Of a stretch of DNA of 64,000 nt, positions 1 through 13,800 are shown one piece after another. Within the stretch, counting starts at the first letter, position 1. Each line of letters begins with the position of its first letter. Made by a program: the position numbers and the translations under genes. Below the pieces are notes generated by a model. The model was given only the letters and a program-made list of their open reading frames with translations, had not been told where the DNA came from and did no database searches. The stretch spans positions 33,486,401 to 33,550,400 of the forward strand of contig CM120641.1 in assembly GCA_051362555.1 (NCBI GenBank), in the 5' to 3' direction. The stretch is from Lingula anatina (lineage: Eukaryota; Animalia; Brachiopoda).

Positions 1-519
1 CAAAACATTAACATTTTTGTTTTGCCAACTGATTTGTACTCATCTATCACAATTATAAACCTTCATTGGTGATCTATTTTTCATGTTGTTTAACAGAAAT
101 GAAGCCTATCTTAAACATGGTATATCTAAGTCATATACAAGTTATCAATAACAAAACTTTTTGCAAAGGAAATTAGCCACATTTCCTTGAATCATCTTCT
201 TTTTAAATTCTAGTATCACACCAAACATCTTGCAATTTGTTAAGTACTGAGTAGTTCTCACCAAATAGTTGTCATACTGCCTGGAAAGGAAACTATGAAT
301 TCATTTGGCATGTCTAGTAGTGGTCAACAATTTCTACTAGACAATATAAAGGAAACATATTCATCCTCCTTTGTGTGCTGCAAATTTACTACGAGTTTTC
401 CACAATATATATGATTTATAGTTGAATAAACCTGCACGGTGGCTACAACGATGATAAAAAGTAGACTAAAGTTTATCTTTATTAATCCATCATCATGACA
501 ACATTAATCAACAAATCCA

Positions 520-3500
520 TCAGTGCCTTTTCTGCTTCTTTCCTTTTCCAGATACATGTAGCTCTTTCACATGAGGCTCCTTTCCATGTGGCTCTTTCTC
601 AGGCTTTGTTTTTGTTTTTACTGGTGGGTATTGTCCTGAATTGGCCAGCATCTGCACATACACATACAGACCCAGGGCACAAAAAGTACACACAACAAAT
701 ATGTACTCCACATGATTGGGAAAAGGAGTGCCACATATCCTATACCAGCTTGTCTTGGGGGGAAGCTCCCTCTGGTTTGGAATGCAGTGGAAATCATAAT
801 ACCCTTCATCATAGTCGCTGAGGCATAGGTACTTGCGTTTAGACAAAATCTGAAATTTGACATTTGTTATTTATATTTATGTATATTTGTTACTTATATT
901 AAAAACAAAGGAAAAACTTCAACTAATTACTTTAAAACACATAATATCAGCTTCATGTGTATGTTAAAGAATCAAAGGTTTCCAATTCAACAAATTATTT
1001 ACCTGCCCATCTAAGATACTTCAAAAGTTTCAATACTGGCAACAACAAAAAGTGATTTTTTTTTATACATTACGCTTTATGCAATAACCAATATAGTCCT
1101 ATTCAACATCTTTAACTGATCTTACCATGCCTGCTGCAGTATACACAGGTGACGTTTCATTGCAAGGACCAACAGTTTCATGGAGTCCCATTGAACTCTG
1201 CTGCTCTGGTTTGGAGAACACCACCAGGTACACGTAGAATAGATAGTGGATGATGACCAGTGCAGATATCTCATCAAACCAGCTGAAAAAATCTGAAATT
1301 TTCCATGTAATGGCTTGTTTAAATGGATTGTGGCAACTAGAGATATTCTGATGTGGCTGAATGTAGGGTTAAAATGTCTTGTGTTATGTAGAGTGTAAAG
1401 ATGATAACTAAAAGTATAGATATCTTCATCATTCAGTTCAGTAAATATGGAATTATTGGAAAGTTGCAGCAATGCATTGTTATTTGGACAAAGTGTGTTA
1501 GTTGTGAGTGTGGAGAAAAAGGCGCATCTTTTGACTATGAGTGTGTTTAAGATTGAAATATGATGTGTACCTCCAAGTAAGTGCATTTCTTGTAAAAATA
1601 AAACGTTGCGAAAATTCATGCAAACACCTTCACAACATCAAGCTGCTTTATGTTTGTCGACAAAGGGACATGACTTTACCTTGAATTACACAAAAAATTC
1701 CCCAGCCATAAATTTGGCAGTTCCAATACAAACACTCACAAACACACACACACACACACACACACGCTTACCTTTTCCCTCGGATCTGGCATCCTCCGTA
1801 GGATTCCTGTCTCCACTCCATATCACCATGACATAGAGGGCAAGCAGGGCCAGAACACACACCTCTGAGTGGAGCTGATATACATCATGAAGGGGATGGT
1901 ACAGTAGAATGAACTGAATGGTTCCCAGAGGCATGGAGAACAGGCCTGTCAGCACAGTACTCAGGAACTCTACACAGACACTGAAAGGTGTAACAATGTA
2001 TTGTGACTGGGCATCTTGGTCGTCTATAAATATAGGATGTTACAAACACCCAAATATGTACATGAAATTTAAATTAATTGATATCAAAAGAAAAACCTGC
2101 AAAACAATGACCATCAAAAGACAATGGTGGTCATTTACAAATATTTGCCAACTGAAGAGAATATGTGGTAAATGGCCTATTAAAACACAAATAACGAATA
2201 AAAGTCAAAGAAGATAAAATTTCTTCTATTGACTTCCTATTGCCGATTTTTCCTTAATGCTGGCAAAAGAAATCTTACTTAAGATTTGCATCAGGAAGCC
2301 GATATTAAATAATTAACTACGACTTACTTGCTAGCTTCAAACTTCTCTCTGTTGTCTAATAACTTTCTTGTGCCATGGAAAATTAAACAAAAACTGAAGG
2401 CAAAAGAGGCATGGAAATAGTAGCTGGTCCAAGGCACCCAGTAATGGCGGTCATAGATATTGGGCTCTGTGTCGTGCCAGGTCCACCACATCAGTTTAAT
2501 CCCCATGATGTCAAAGGGGACATCCAGCAGGACCACAGCCAGTCCAGTAGCAAATGGTTCTACCCACGAACTTAACCGCAACTTGGATACTGATACAGAT
2601 GCAGTGTATATGAAGAATGGGTCTGAAAATATAAGCAATAAGGTGAAGAGAGTAAACTGAGCCTTTTACACAAAGTCAGGCCATAACAAGAGGAGGGGTT
2701 CAGGGGTTAAAACCAATTGCCCTTTTTGCTGGGAAAAGGTCCACTCTGGGTAAAATTTGCTCTAGGCACATGGAGGTTTCATAGTAAAGGTCCACTTTTC
2801 CTACTCCCTCCCCCCCCTTTTTGAAATTGCTGGCTATGGGCCTGCATAGTAGTAGCACCAGTAAAATAAAATATCAAAATTTTTCACACACCCCCACCAC
2901 AGTTCCAGCATGTCTTGGCTGTGCACCAAAATATACACAAAATGCTTTCCATATTATTGTCAACCCATTCTAGCCCATCTCTATACTGCAACCCAGTATG
3001 TTCTGACTTTACCATACAAAACTTACAGAATAAGACAATGTGTAGAGGCAGTCTGCCTCCCAGGAATATAATACTGGACTGTCCATGCCAGAAGTTGTCA
3101 ATATCTGGCAAGAAGTAGCTGATACACTCAACAGTCCAGCCATGGAAAATGGTTGCCAGCCACAGGTACGGGTAGCGTCCTCCATGCCGCAGTGCTGAAA
3201 TGAAGCCAGAATTCAGAGTAGCTATGAGAATGGTTTTGGTCAGTCACTCCCTTGGGGAGCACATGTGATGCAAATATAAAATTTGTGAATTTAACATAAT
3301 GAACAAGTGGTATGTTACGTATGCTGCCCTTAGAAATATCATGCAGGACTTGTAGAAAATCAAGCTTGTCTACACTTTCAATGATGAAGTGGTGAGACAT
3401 CTATTTGTACTCTGGTTACATATATAATTATAAATATACAGTGTTCATTAAAAAATTGCATGCAGCCTTCTTTTTTTTAATAATACAAAGTTTCAAATGA

Positions 3501-4453
3501 GAAACATACTAATATTTTGTTGTGTGAGACAGCCATATACAATAAGTATGTATCTCACTGCAATATATTGTACCGTCTTCACCAGCCCAACTATACAAGC
3601 TTATCTAGTCATCAGTACACAGGGCATCACAGGGAAAAGGTTCAATATCATGAATGTAAATACTTTATGCGGTAATTAACACATTTTGTCTTTATTTATT
3701 ATTATAAACATGTCTTTACTCACCATGGCTAAGTGTTAAAATTGCAGCTACGTAAGTAAAGATTTCTAGCATAAGGTAAGTGGGTTGCTCCCTCCATATT
3801 TCTCTGGGATCTCGAAACCACACAAACCAGTCCAAAAACTGGAACAAAAATGGAAAATGTATCAGACAAAAAAAAATAAATAAAAATAACACACAGAAAC
3901 TTTTGTATATTACCAATGTTGCTGAAATGAGAGGTATTTCAGTTCAGATGGTGATAATTGTTTGGATTGTGGACAGTGTGCCTTGTCTACTGTAATCGTC
4001 ACATGCTTTCTTCCAGATATTGATATTACATGGTATTTGCATGACTACATGCATGTTTTACCTCGATCAGTGGTTTGAAATGTTATAAATCCGAGAGATC
4101 TAATTATAAAGGACGATCAGTATAATATACCCACACTTGATTTATTCAGATCATTTTAATGTATTCAAATTAGCTAAAATGTTAAGGAGAGCAATACTAC
4201 AATCGTGGTCAGTGCATAGTAATAATACAATTAGATCTCGTACAAGATCAGGCCACTGTTCAAAGTCCGTCCGACTGATACGATCCCAGTCAGCTCCAAC
4301 AATTTGTAATCACCCCTTCTGCTTCAGTTGGTCACTTCTGCTGAATGTCACTTCGGCCACACGTTAACACGTACACTAATCAACAGTATTAGTCCACACC
4401 TGTGAGCACGGAAGTGAAAATTGTCTTACCTCCTTTAACCCTCCCGCTGCCAT
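520..4453 (-). CDS. Uncharacterised multi-pass membrane protein, 7 exons, ~435 aa; weak motif resemblance to CruF/carotenoid-hydratase-like membrane enzymes
   Basis: Exons (minus strand): 4453-4430 (MAAGGLKE), 3838-3724, 3194-3027, 2622-2328, 1980-1772, 1292-1126, 849-520. All introns are GT-AG, phases are compatible, and the total is 1308 nt ending in TGA. There are many hydrophobic segments (e.g. GLAVVLLDVPFDIMGIKLMWWTWHD...HYWVPW) and a basic C-terminal tail. Confidence 0.85.
1741..1765. repeat. (CA)n microsatellite
   Basis: Run of acacacac in an intron, immediately next to a splice donor. Confidence 0.9.
2677..2844. mobile_element. Non-autonomous DNA transposon (MITE), family A, copy 1
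   Basis: Ends CAGGCCATAAC...GCTATGGGCCTG. The internal sequence (aaggtccact...gtaaaatttg.tctagg.acatg...aaggtccactttt...ttttgaaattgctgg) is shared with 52980..53147. Confidence 0.75.
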
Positions 4454-7400
4454 GTTCAAACAGAGGTGAAGCTGACTTCACATTGGATATATAGTTTCGG
4501 TGCCTATTTAACTTCATTTTCACAGCCTTTTTTTACATCTTCTTCTTTCTTGTCAAATGTCATTCACATTAATATTAAGATTAATTCACTGTGATGTACT
4601 AAATTATTTACATATCGCTTCAAAGAATCATAAATTTTAGTTTTACAAAAGGCACAAGAAAGACAGTATAAATTGCAGTTGCTGTGCTAAGCACAATCTG
4701 AGGTAACCAAGCTCAAGGCGAACACCCTGAGTTTCACAGGACACTGGAAACTCACCTCACTTATGCCGCTATCCTACCCCAACTACATGTACGAGATTCA
4801 CGAACCGCCAGCAATTGACAAAGTTTAGAATGGCGAGGAATTACGGAAATTTGCCCATTTGCACATTTACGGAAATTTGCATATTTTTGTCTCTGGGCTT
4901 CATTTCCAAAGTGGATGTTCAACATCGGGCAGTATTTGCCCAAGGACTGGATTACGAACATCAACTGGTGATTATTAAACAGGGCCCAGTTTCATCAACA
5001 CTGCATGGTAGCGATATCCTATGGATAACACTATAATTATCATTCTGGTGAAAGAAACAAGACATTATTCAATAATAAGAAGAATGAAAATATATATTTG
5101 AGTATAAAATCCGAATTTTTTCGGTAGGCTTAACAATGCACACTAAAAAAAAAGCTAGTAAAAGAAAAGAAAATTTGATTAAAACAGGATAAATTGAATT
5201 AGACAAGTAATGATATTAAAAATGTTACTTCATCACTCACTTTAAAAAGTCGTTAATAAAAATTCTATCCATAATTTTTTAAATAAAAGTCTTCAGTTTC
5301 CGTCGGAGAGTCTATCCTACATAGGCTTACTAGAAGTAAAGTTGGAAGCAAACTCCATACCCTAGGTGCAGCGACTTTTAAAAAACTGTCACTATATCAG
5401 ACAAGTCGAGCTTTACATACCCTAGGTTCTAGATTCCGGTATTGCCAGCTCGATCTTGATTTCATATATAACCCATAGTAGCAATACCAGTAAAAGCGAC
5501 TCCATCACAAGGTATATTTAGCAAGCTAGCTTTTACGTTGCTCTGACACTCAGGGTAGCTTTACACGGTGTTAAGAGTAAATGAGAATTCAACATAAATC
5601 GACGCTAACGTACTGCTTTCAGTCCCTTTTTCTTTTATAAGCCTTTAAACAGTGATTAATTTAACAGTATTTAACAGTGATTTAATTTTAAATTAATGAG
5701 ATTAAATCTTCCAGATCTCAAACTTATGAAATAAGGTCCGCTTTTGCTATTTCTCAACTCAGTGCCACTTCTTATACCGCTCACTTTCTCCGCTGGGCAG
5801 CCCGTGGTGTGATAAGATTGCCAAAATGATTTATAATAAAATTAATCCGGTAAAGGTAATAGTGTTGTTTCTCCTTCCTAATTAAAAATGCATCTATCAA
5901 AGGGACAGGGACTGCGACAGTCAGACAGAAATCAATTATCCAAAAATAAAATAGATAAATAAATCGTCATATTCCTATCACTGTGTATTCAAACTATCAA
6001 CCTTCGACGATATTACATGTAGCCTACTTGGCATTATATATAAGAAAGACCTAATTTTCTTTCAAGGATGTCGAACGTTATCATCATTATTTTATGTTAT
6101 GCTGTCCTTATTAAAGACCGTCGGATAACGAGCAGTAAGGTAATTAGCCTACATGTGTGCAGTCACAAATAATAAGTAGACCTTCATAATACTCAATTTA
6201 CACCTGCCTTTGTGCCGAAACTCGGTGCTTTCGGTTTCATTGATTACTTTTTCACAAAATCATAGGAAAGTCACTGGATGGAACAGAGAAAGAGAGAGAG
6301 AGGGTGAGGCAGAGACGGGGGCAGACAAAGATGGAAAATTGATGACACCTCAGTCTTCTCTTCTAATGTGACAAAATACTAAATGTGATAAGCATGATAA
6401 TAATGACAGTATGATATCATGGATGTGGCATTTGGGGGGAACCTTTCGTTTCAAAATGAAGCGAGCTTTGTTAGCGATATCCTCTAAATGTCTTAGATAC
6501 AACATGCTTAGAATACTTTGAAAACTTTATCAGTGATAAAAAAAATGAAATTCAAGCATGAAGGTTCATGGCAGCTTACGGTGGTGGATATTGTAATCCA
6601 ACAAATGCTCAACAAAACACGTTTGGATGCAGTGTTTTGAATGAACTGATAAAATAAATCAAAGTTGACATTTGGCTTTAAAGGGAAAGTATCAAAAGCA
6701 CTATTAGGATATACATCGTGGGCAATGTCAAGTCAATAATTTTTCCTCTGTGTTTTAGAAATTCCAATATTTCTATAAAAGTTAGTTATATGCAGTTTTC
6801 CAATGACCAGCCTGAGTGCGAACAACATTATAGGGACTGTTATAGTGTGTTGTAACGCTGCGGGTTTTATCTGCTCTACTTGCATAGCAATAGCGTTTAT
6901 TACCTGGCTGCATTTGTATGAATAACATTAAGAGACGATATGGTTGGAATGTCACTATAAGAATGAGCTGTCGTAAAATGAGCGTCTCTTACCCACCTAA
7001 ACAGGTGTCCTACGGACTGGGTGTGACAACTTTGAGAGAGAGAGACATTTCATGCCACAAATAAAAAACAAAATAGTAATGCCGTTAGTCATCGCATCGT
7101 GCTTTGAAGTGTCGAAAGCGTGGGCTTTGACAAGAAGTATTTGGCACACAGGGAATACATTGTATGAAAACATAATAAAAACTTTCAGATCTACTAAGAA
7201 GAAAGTGTAAATATGAATATCCCCTTATTCAAGCAGAAAAGCGAAAACGAAAACTGGAAAATTACTTGCATTTTGGAAGTTTAGGGCTTTTGATTATGTC
7301 ACCTAATAATATCGCCCCTTTTCTTTTTATATGGCCAAAAGTACGTTGGTCTCACCTTCTTGATGACATAGAATGATCAAATATGACAATAGGGATTGTA

Positions 7401-7819
7401 ATAATAAAGAAGGGAACAAAGGAAGGAGTGATCGAAGAATCCAACGAAGAATAGACATTTTAAACCAGATTAATGAAAGCTAGATTTTTTTATTGCAAAA
7501 TTAGAATAAAAATACAGAACTTTGTGGCTTTATTAAATAATATCAGCTCTGCGACAGAGGCTGTGACGCGCCCGGATGTGTTTGGACGCAGGACGCTAAG
7601 AACATTTAGGGCACGGTTTGGGTTGTAGGCGTGCGTTCAAAGTTATACCGGCCGGCCTCCACAACTTGCCTGTGAGTCCTTTGGCTAGAACACAGCATTA
7701 CATGTACAGGACAGAAAGTGAGAACACCCAAGTCAAGGTTTTAAGATAAGCGTTAAGTTCAGTGAACGACTCACTAACACTTGGACTGCTACAAGTGCTG
7801 TGAAAGCTTCAGCGTTAAC

Positions 7820-10800
7820 ATGACTTTGACGGACACGAATCTCGACAACCTGGCCGAAGAAGGTAAGTTTCGGCTCCCAGACGGCCTATTACAATGTACA
7901 TTTAAAAGGTATACCCCATATATTAAATGACACTGACTGGATCTGCATCCGCGATCTAGATATATCACCACTTGTTTAGTGTGCACTGTTATCATAACAT
8001 GGTTCTCAAAAACGCCCTCTTTATTTGGTCAACAAATACCTTGGTACACGGGACAGGTCAAGCCGGGTTGATGTTACCATATTCGACAGCCTACAAGTGA
8101 TAAGACATTCTTTCATTTAATATAGAGTACACTATACATCTATATATAGACTCAATTGGTATGAATCAAGCAAGTTACTAAACGTCACCGGCAGGCAGTA
8201 GCTGCTTCAGGCAATCATATATAAATCACACACATATATATTTTATTCGTATGGTGTCAGACTAAGCGGGTGTATTACACACTTGATATAGTTGGTGTTT
8301 TTTACTGGATCTCCCTTTATATTACGGCTTAAAAATCCAACGTTAAGCAGTATGCCCTGAGTATGTATGCGGAAAAATTAAAACCTGTGTTTAACCTTAA
8401 GGTTTATTGTACGCAGACATCATTTAAAGTTAATTGTGTATTTTATTTGCTATATACAATATATGAAGGAAACGTAAAAAGAACGCAAGAACATCGACGC
8501 ACCCTCCTCACCGTGCTTTAACAGGCAAGTAAATGACAGGTTCCCTGGGTACCTGAGATACTCCAACTGGCCCTTGTAAACGACGAAGCTGGACTTGTCC
8601 CCAATAAAATTATCTGCGAAAATATTAAAGTCAGGTCAGGGTTAAAGCAGGGGATTGTTTTCTTATTCATACATCAGACCGAAACACTTGAAGACGAATT
8701 CAACCCTGAAAAGCAGTACCCTAGACAGTGCAAATGCCAAACACGCCCGCGCGCACACGCTCACAACCACGGCGTCAACCACTTTACTCGTCTCAGTACA
8801 ATTACATTTAAATTCAACCAACCCCTGAAGGAAGATCTGCCTGTTTACGATTTATTCACATTATGTTTTATGACCTAGTACATGATTACTATGTCATAGA
8901 CATATTACCTGAAGACGAAAACATAATTCAGACGTTATTGCATATAAGGTAGATCTTATACGACATTCACTTGTTGCAATGGCAATCAACATGTTCAAAT
9001 GTATTTTTTTTTTCACCTTTTAAACCAGTCTGATAACGTATTTAAAGATCATCTGTCATGGATATAATGTAATACAGTTGAATGTAACCACAGGCAGACA
9101 TTAAATAAAGTAATTTAAGCAATCTACAATGGGGTAAGAAGCTAAGATGAGACAGCGTAATATACTGTCTCTCGTTTTCGTGTACGCAGTCATTTAAAAA
9201 CATCCTAATTTCAAGGGTCAGGGAACGTCTAAATTACAAATTGTTGGTTTCTTTTACCAAATAAAGGTCTCCAATTATATTAAAAACCATTCGTGAGGTC
9301 AACCTTGGGTTTATGTTTATATTTGTATTTTGAAGTTACACAATGCTTATACGTGAGAACTTATTAAAATTATACAGAGATGGAATATGTGTGGGAGTGT
9401 ACATGCACGTGCGTTTGTGTGCATAGGAGAGGGAGAAGGAGAAGGAAATGGGCATATAGAAAACAGATTTTGCGTCTCTTGTTGTCAGAACACGTCTACA
9501 TACGCCGATCTCGTCTACTTTCCACGTTGTGAATAGGCTACACCTACGATAATGCACCTACTACATTCAATTAGCAGAAGAAAATAGTGGTGCTGGGTTA
9601 GATGTACAAAACACTCACACGGTATAGTCCATAAATAATATAGACCTCGTTCACCGGTGTGGTGTCAACCGTGTGTCATGGCCTGTTACAACGAGGTCAC
9701 AAATTAAAATGCCGCCCCACGAGGGATATTGCCCATTGCGCATGAAAGAGCAATATCAGGGTTATATGATACCATTTGTTTTCTGAACCTTACCTAATTG
9801 GAAAATCTTTGCCAGGTTTTCCCTTTCCCACTGATTTGCAATGTGCAAAATACTTATTATCACATCAAGTATACTAGTAACAAGTATACACCTGTGCCAT
9901 AGAAATGGTGATAATACAATGTTTTAACTGTTTGAAATAAGTCTTTATATTTACTGCACACAACAATCCTTTTAAGGGCAACGTCAACCTTCAATCAAAT
10001 CAAAATCCTGAATGAGAAATGCGTATTTTATTTTACGTTACTGCTTGCTACTATCTCTGGGTCAAGACGACCTGTGTATGCTGTGCCCCCTGTCACTCTT
10101 CACCTCTGCTCCGATTTAATGTGATCCATATCAAATTATATTTTGTGACGCTCGCACTTATGTTTAGGAGGCTGTGATATGCGTGACCCGATACATACCG
10201 CAAAACAAAACACTAGCATTGAAGAGTAACATAAAAAAAGAACAAAAGGATATAAACAGCTTCGTCTAAGCATAAGATAGTAAGTGCATCGTGGATTGTA
10301 CAACATCCACGGTCATCCTGTGTTATTCAAAAATTATTTTTGAATCATATCGTGGGTCGTTACAGATAGTTTGTGTAAGCTTGTGGTCTGAAGGTGCTGC
10401 ACCAAAAGTGGTATAACTGGTTAGATCTGTTCAGAAATGTAATCCGCGACGCAATAAATAACGTCAAAAGATATAGGTAGGTGGCGACCCACCAAAATTT
10501 GGATAGGTCACACCTTTTTCCATTACAATGCAACAGACTATTGCTTTGTCTGGCGACCAAGGACAGTGCTTTGCTGCCTTACGTGTTATTGATACAGGCG
10601 TGTGTACGCATTTGATTTGTTCCTTACAATGGAAATATATGAGAGGGTTTACGCTCCTTTGTAGGCTGTTCTCGGTTAACTTTACACTGTGATAATTGAT
10701 AGATAAAGCAGGTCCTTACTGTCATCTATTTAGATCGTCTTCTTGTGCCCTGAATTTATAAAACTAACAGAAGTTCTCCTCTACTAGTCCAGTATTCTCT

Positions 10801-13800
10801 TAAAATATGAACACAAATGGGCGGATATTTTGATCGGATTGTCAATAGCTTTACACTTGAATGTATTTTTTGCTGGACGATTGCGCTGAACCTAATATGT
10901 ACCTCGAGAAAAAAAAAGCAATTTTCTCTAACTCACGAATCATTGCTCGACTTGTCCCTACACTCAGATTTCTGTTAGGGATTTGTTATTATGGGGAGTT
11001 GTTTTGTACTGGGAACTGATCAGCAAAGAATCGTAGAATAGCAAATTGTTAAGAAAGCGAAATAAATTCACACTTATATTATTTTCTTTACTTTAAATTT
11101 GAAAATCTAGATAGGCAGGTACACCAAAGAATATGATAGAATCATTACATAGTAGAGTAACATCATAATTAGAGTTACCGCTAATGCATGGAGACGGGAC
11201 CAAAATATCTTCTTATTACCTAAATGAGGCTTTGTTGTGTTAACGCACATTTTATGCCAAAAATCAGTTTGATACGTAGATAGCTTGAATGCAATGGCTG
11301 TGGCAAAAATGGGAGATTAGCTCAGTACAGTTGAATTGCCAAAAATAGAACCAGTTTTTGCACATCACAGTTGTTAAATTATGTTATTTTAAGTCGCCCT
11401 GTAAAATTGCGATAAGAAACCGAGAAGGGAAGGCTTACTTGTACAAAACACAAGTGAAGAAGGATGTGCCTTTCTTTGGTTTCTTTTAATCGAAAATAAA
11501 GTAAAACAGATTTCCTATTTTGTGCTGGGGTGTGATCAAAACGTAAGATTGATATACAAAAAACAGTGACCAGAGACGCTTTCAAAAAAAAAAAAATAAT
11601 AATAATAATAATAAAATTTAAAAAAAGAATGACAGTAACGCACCAACAAACAAACATCAAATTTGTATGTATTGTTTTATGCTTACTGTCCGGGAATAAA
11701 CTCCATGCTCGTATATCATTTATTACATGGAAAGTACTCACACTTAAAAGTTTTGTATTTGCATGCATATAACAGTTACTTTGGGCCAATTTACATCAAT
11801 AGGCTTAGAAATACTGAATTCGTTTGTGCTAGAATGACGGTAGCCTTGCTACGTGTATAAAATTATCCGTGTAGAAGTGAAAATTAAAGTGTCTTTTGAA
11901 ACATACGTACATGTAGATAGCACGACAACCCAGACTGAGAATATTTTTTTATAGAATGAAGCGCAGATCTAAGATTGTCTTCACTTTTTTTGCTTTCCAA
12001 TTTGCTTGATGAAGTATTTATGATAAGTAAGGCAAATTTGTTATGTTTTATTATGTATACGAAGAATATTGTATTATGGAAATTCTGAATTACTACTCTG
12101 AGATTCCAGACATGTATATCTTCATTCTGCTTTGCTTTGCCGCCCAAACCTTTGAAATTCACTTAATTTTTTCATTGATTTTTTTACAGCGGTTGTGATG
12201 ACACCGTTGATCTTCGGTGAAAGTATGGTGGTCAGGGTGGAAAAACTGCCACCAGATGACATTGACTTTAGTCTAGTTCAGCATGTGGCGGGCGGACCGT
12301 ACACCGGAATCTACGTTAACAAGGCAGTCAAAGGTAAGCGAAGAATAAACACAAGCGCAATATATGCATTGGTTGCGTTCAGGATAGATATAGGACATTC
12401 AGCTTCCTGGATGTTTTCTTTCGTCAAATCCGTTAAGTTGTCTTGTAGCTAGAATTATAACATAAACGTTTACTCTTATGAAGATGTTGCTTTACCTGAA
12501 TATTTTGAAAAACAAAATTCACGTATCTCCGACTGAAGAATACAGTGTTAAAAAAGGATGTTTTTTTTCGTTACATAAAAGATAAAGGCTATCTACGATT
12601 GTAATAGTTGAGGCCTAAATCATTTGATTACTTGTGAAAATGATATTTTGAGAATGTTTGTATATATGTCTCATAAAAAAAGTTTGAAGCAGATATGTTT
12701 ATACATGTATGTTTAGCACTCACTGCCTTTTATAACGTTTTCCAGTGATGCCTTCTCTGGAGGAGCCGCAAGTGTCAGCAGGATTGAGAGCATATTTGGT
12801 AGATCCCGAAGCCGACGACCCCGACGTTTATTATTTGGTATGGATCGTGGGTGTTTATGTATGCCTGCTTGTTTGCGAGCATGTGTCAGATATTTTCTGG
12901 TGATTAATATATATATTTTTCATTTCCAAGATGTCCTTTTGTTTTGCTGTTTTTTACTTCGTAGTATGGTATTTTCTGGTGATCTCGATTTTTTCTACAT
13001 CAGTCTCAGGCATCCGCAAACTCAATAGGTAATTTTCTCCCTCCCTCGAATATCACAAGGGTCTCTGGTATAGTACACAAAATTGAAGATTCAACAATTT
13101 TTTAAGAGACCCTAGCGATACCTGTGGTCAGAGAGTAATGATCTCCAATGACCTCATCGTTTTCCATTTGGTTTGCATCCTCAGATACAAAATTATTTCG
13201 AAGTTTATTCCTAAAAGGCTCGGGATATATTTGTGGTGATTTCCGACGATTGCAAGGTCTTCTGAAACAGTTCTTTTAAAAATTAATAAACCCTTTACTT
13301 CCTTTCCTTCTTCCTAAGTAACCTACGATATATGATTTTGTTTGATATTTTCCTGAAATTTGGGTGCTTTCTGTTGCCATTCACAGAAACATTTGAATAC
13401 TTTTATTTCGAGGTTTTATTTTTAAAAAAGTTTTGGGATATATTCGTGGCGTTTTCCAATGTTCTTGCACATTTTCCACAAATTAAGTATCCATAATCAT
13501 GACGAAATAACGTAATTTATTAAGTAGAAATCGCTACGTTTTATTCGACAAAATATAAACAAACTCCTAGTTTCCCTGATGTTATAGGCCTTCCTGTTGT
13601 GATCTTTCGAAGATTTCTACTTCGGCATTTTCACAAATATTCAATCTAACAATCGCTTATGCTTAAAATAGATCTTTTTAAAGGCAACTTTCAATATGTA
13701 TATGTGTAAAAATTCCGTTACTTACCTCTAACCTGTTTCATTATACCTGCACCTTAGTGGAATTCCATGATATACTTGCGACCGTGGGTAAAAAAGAGGT

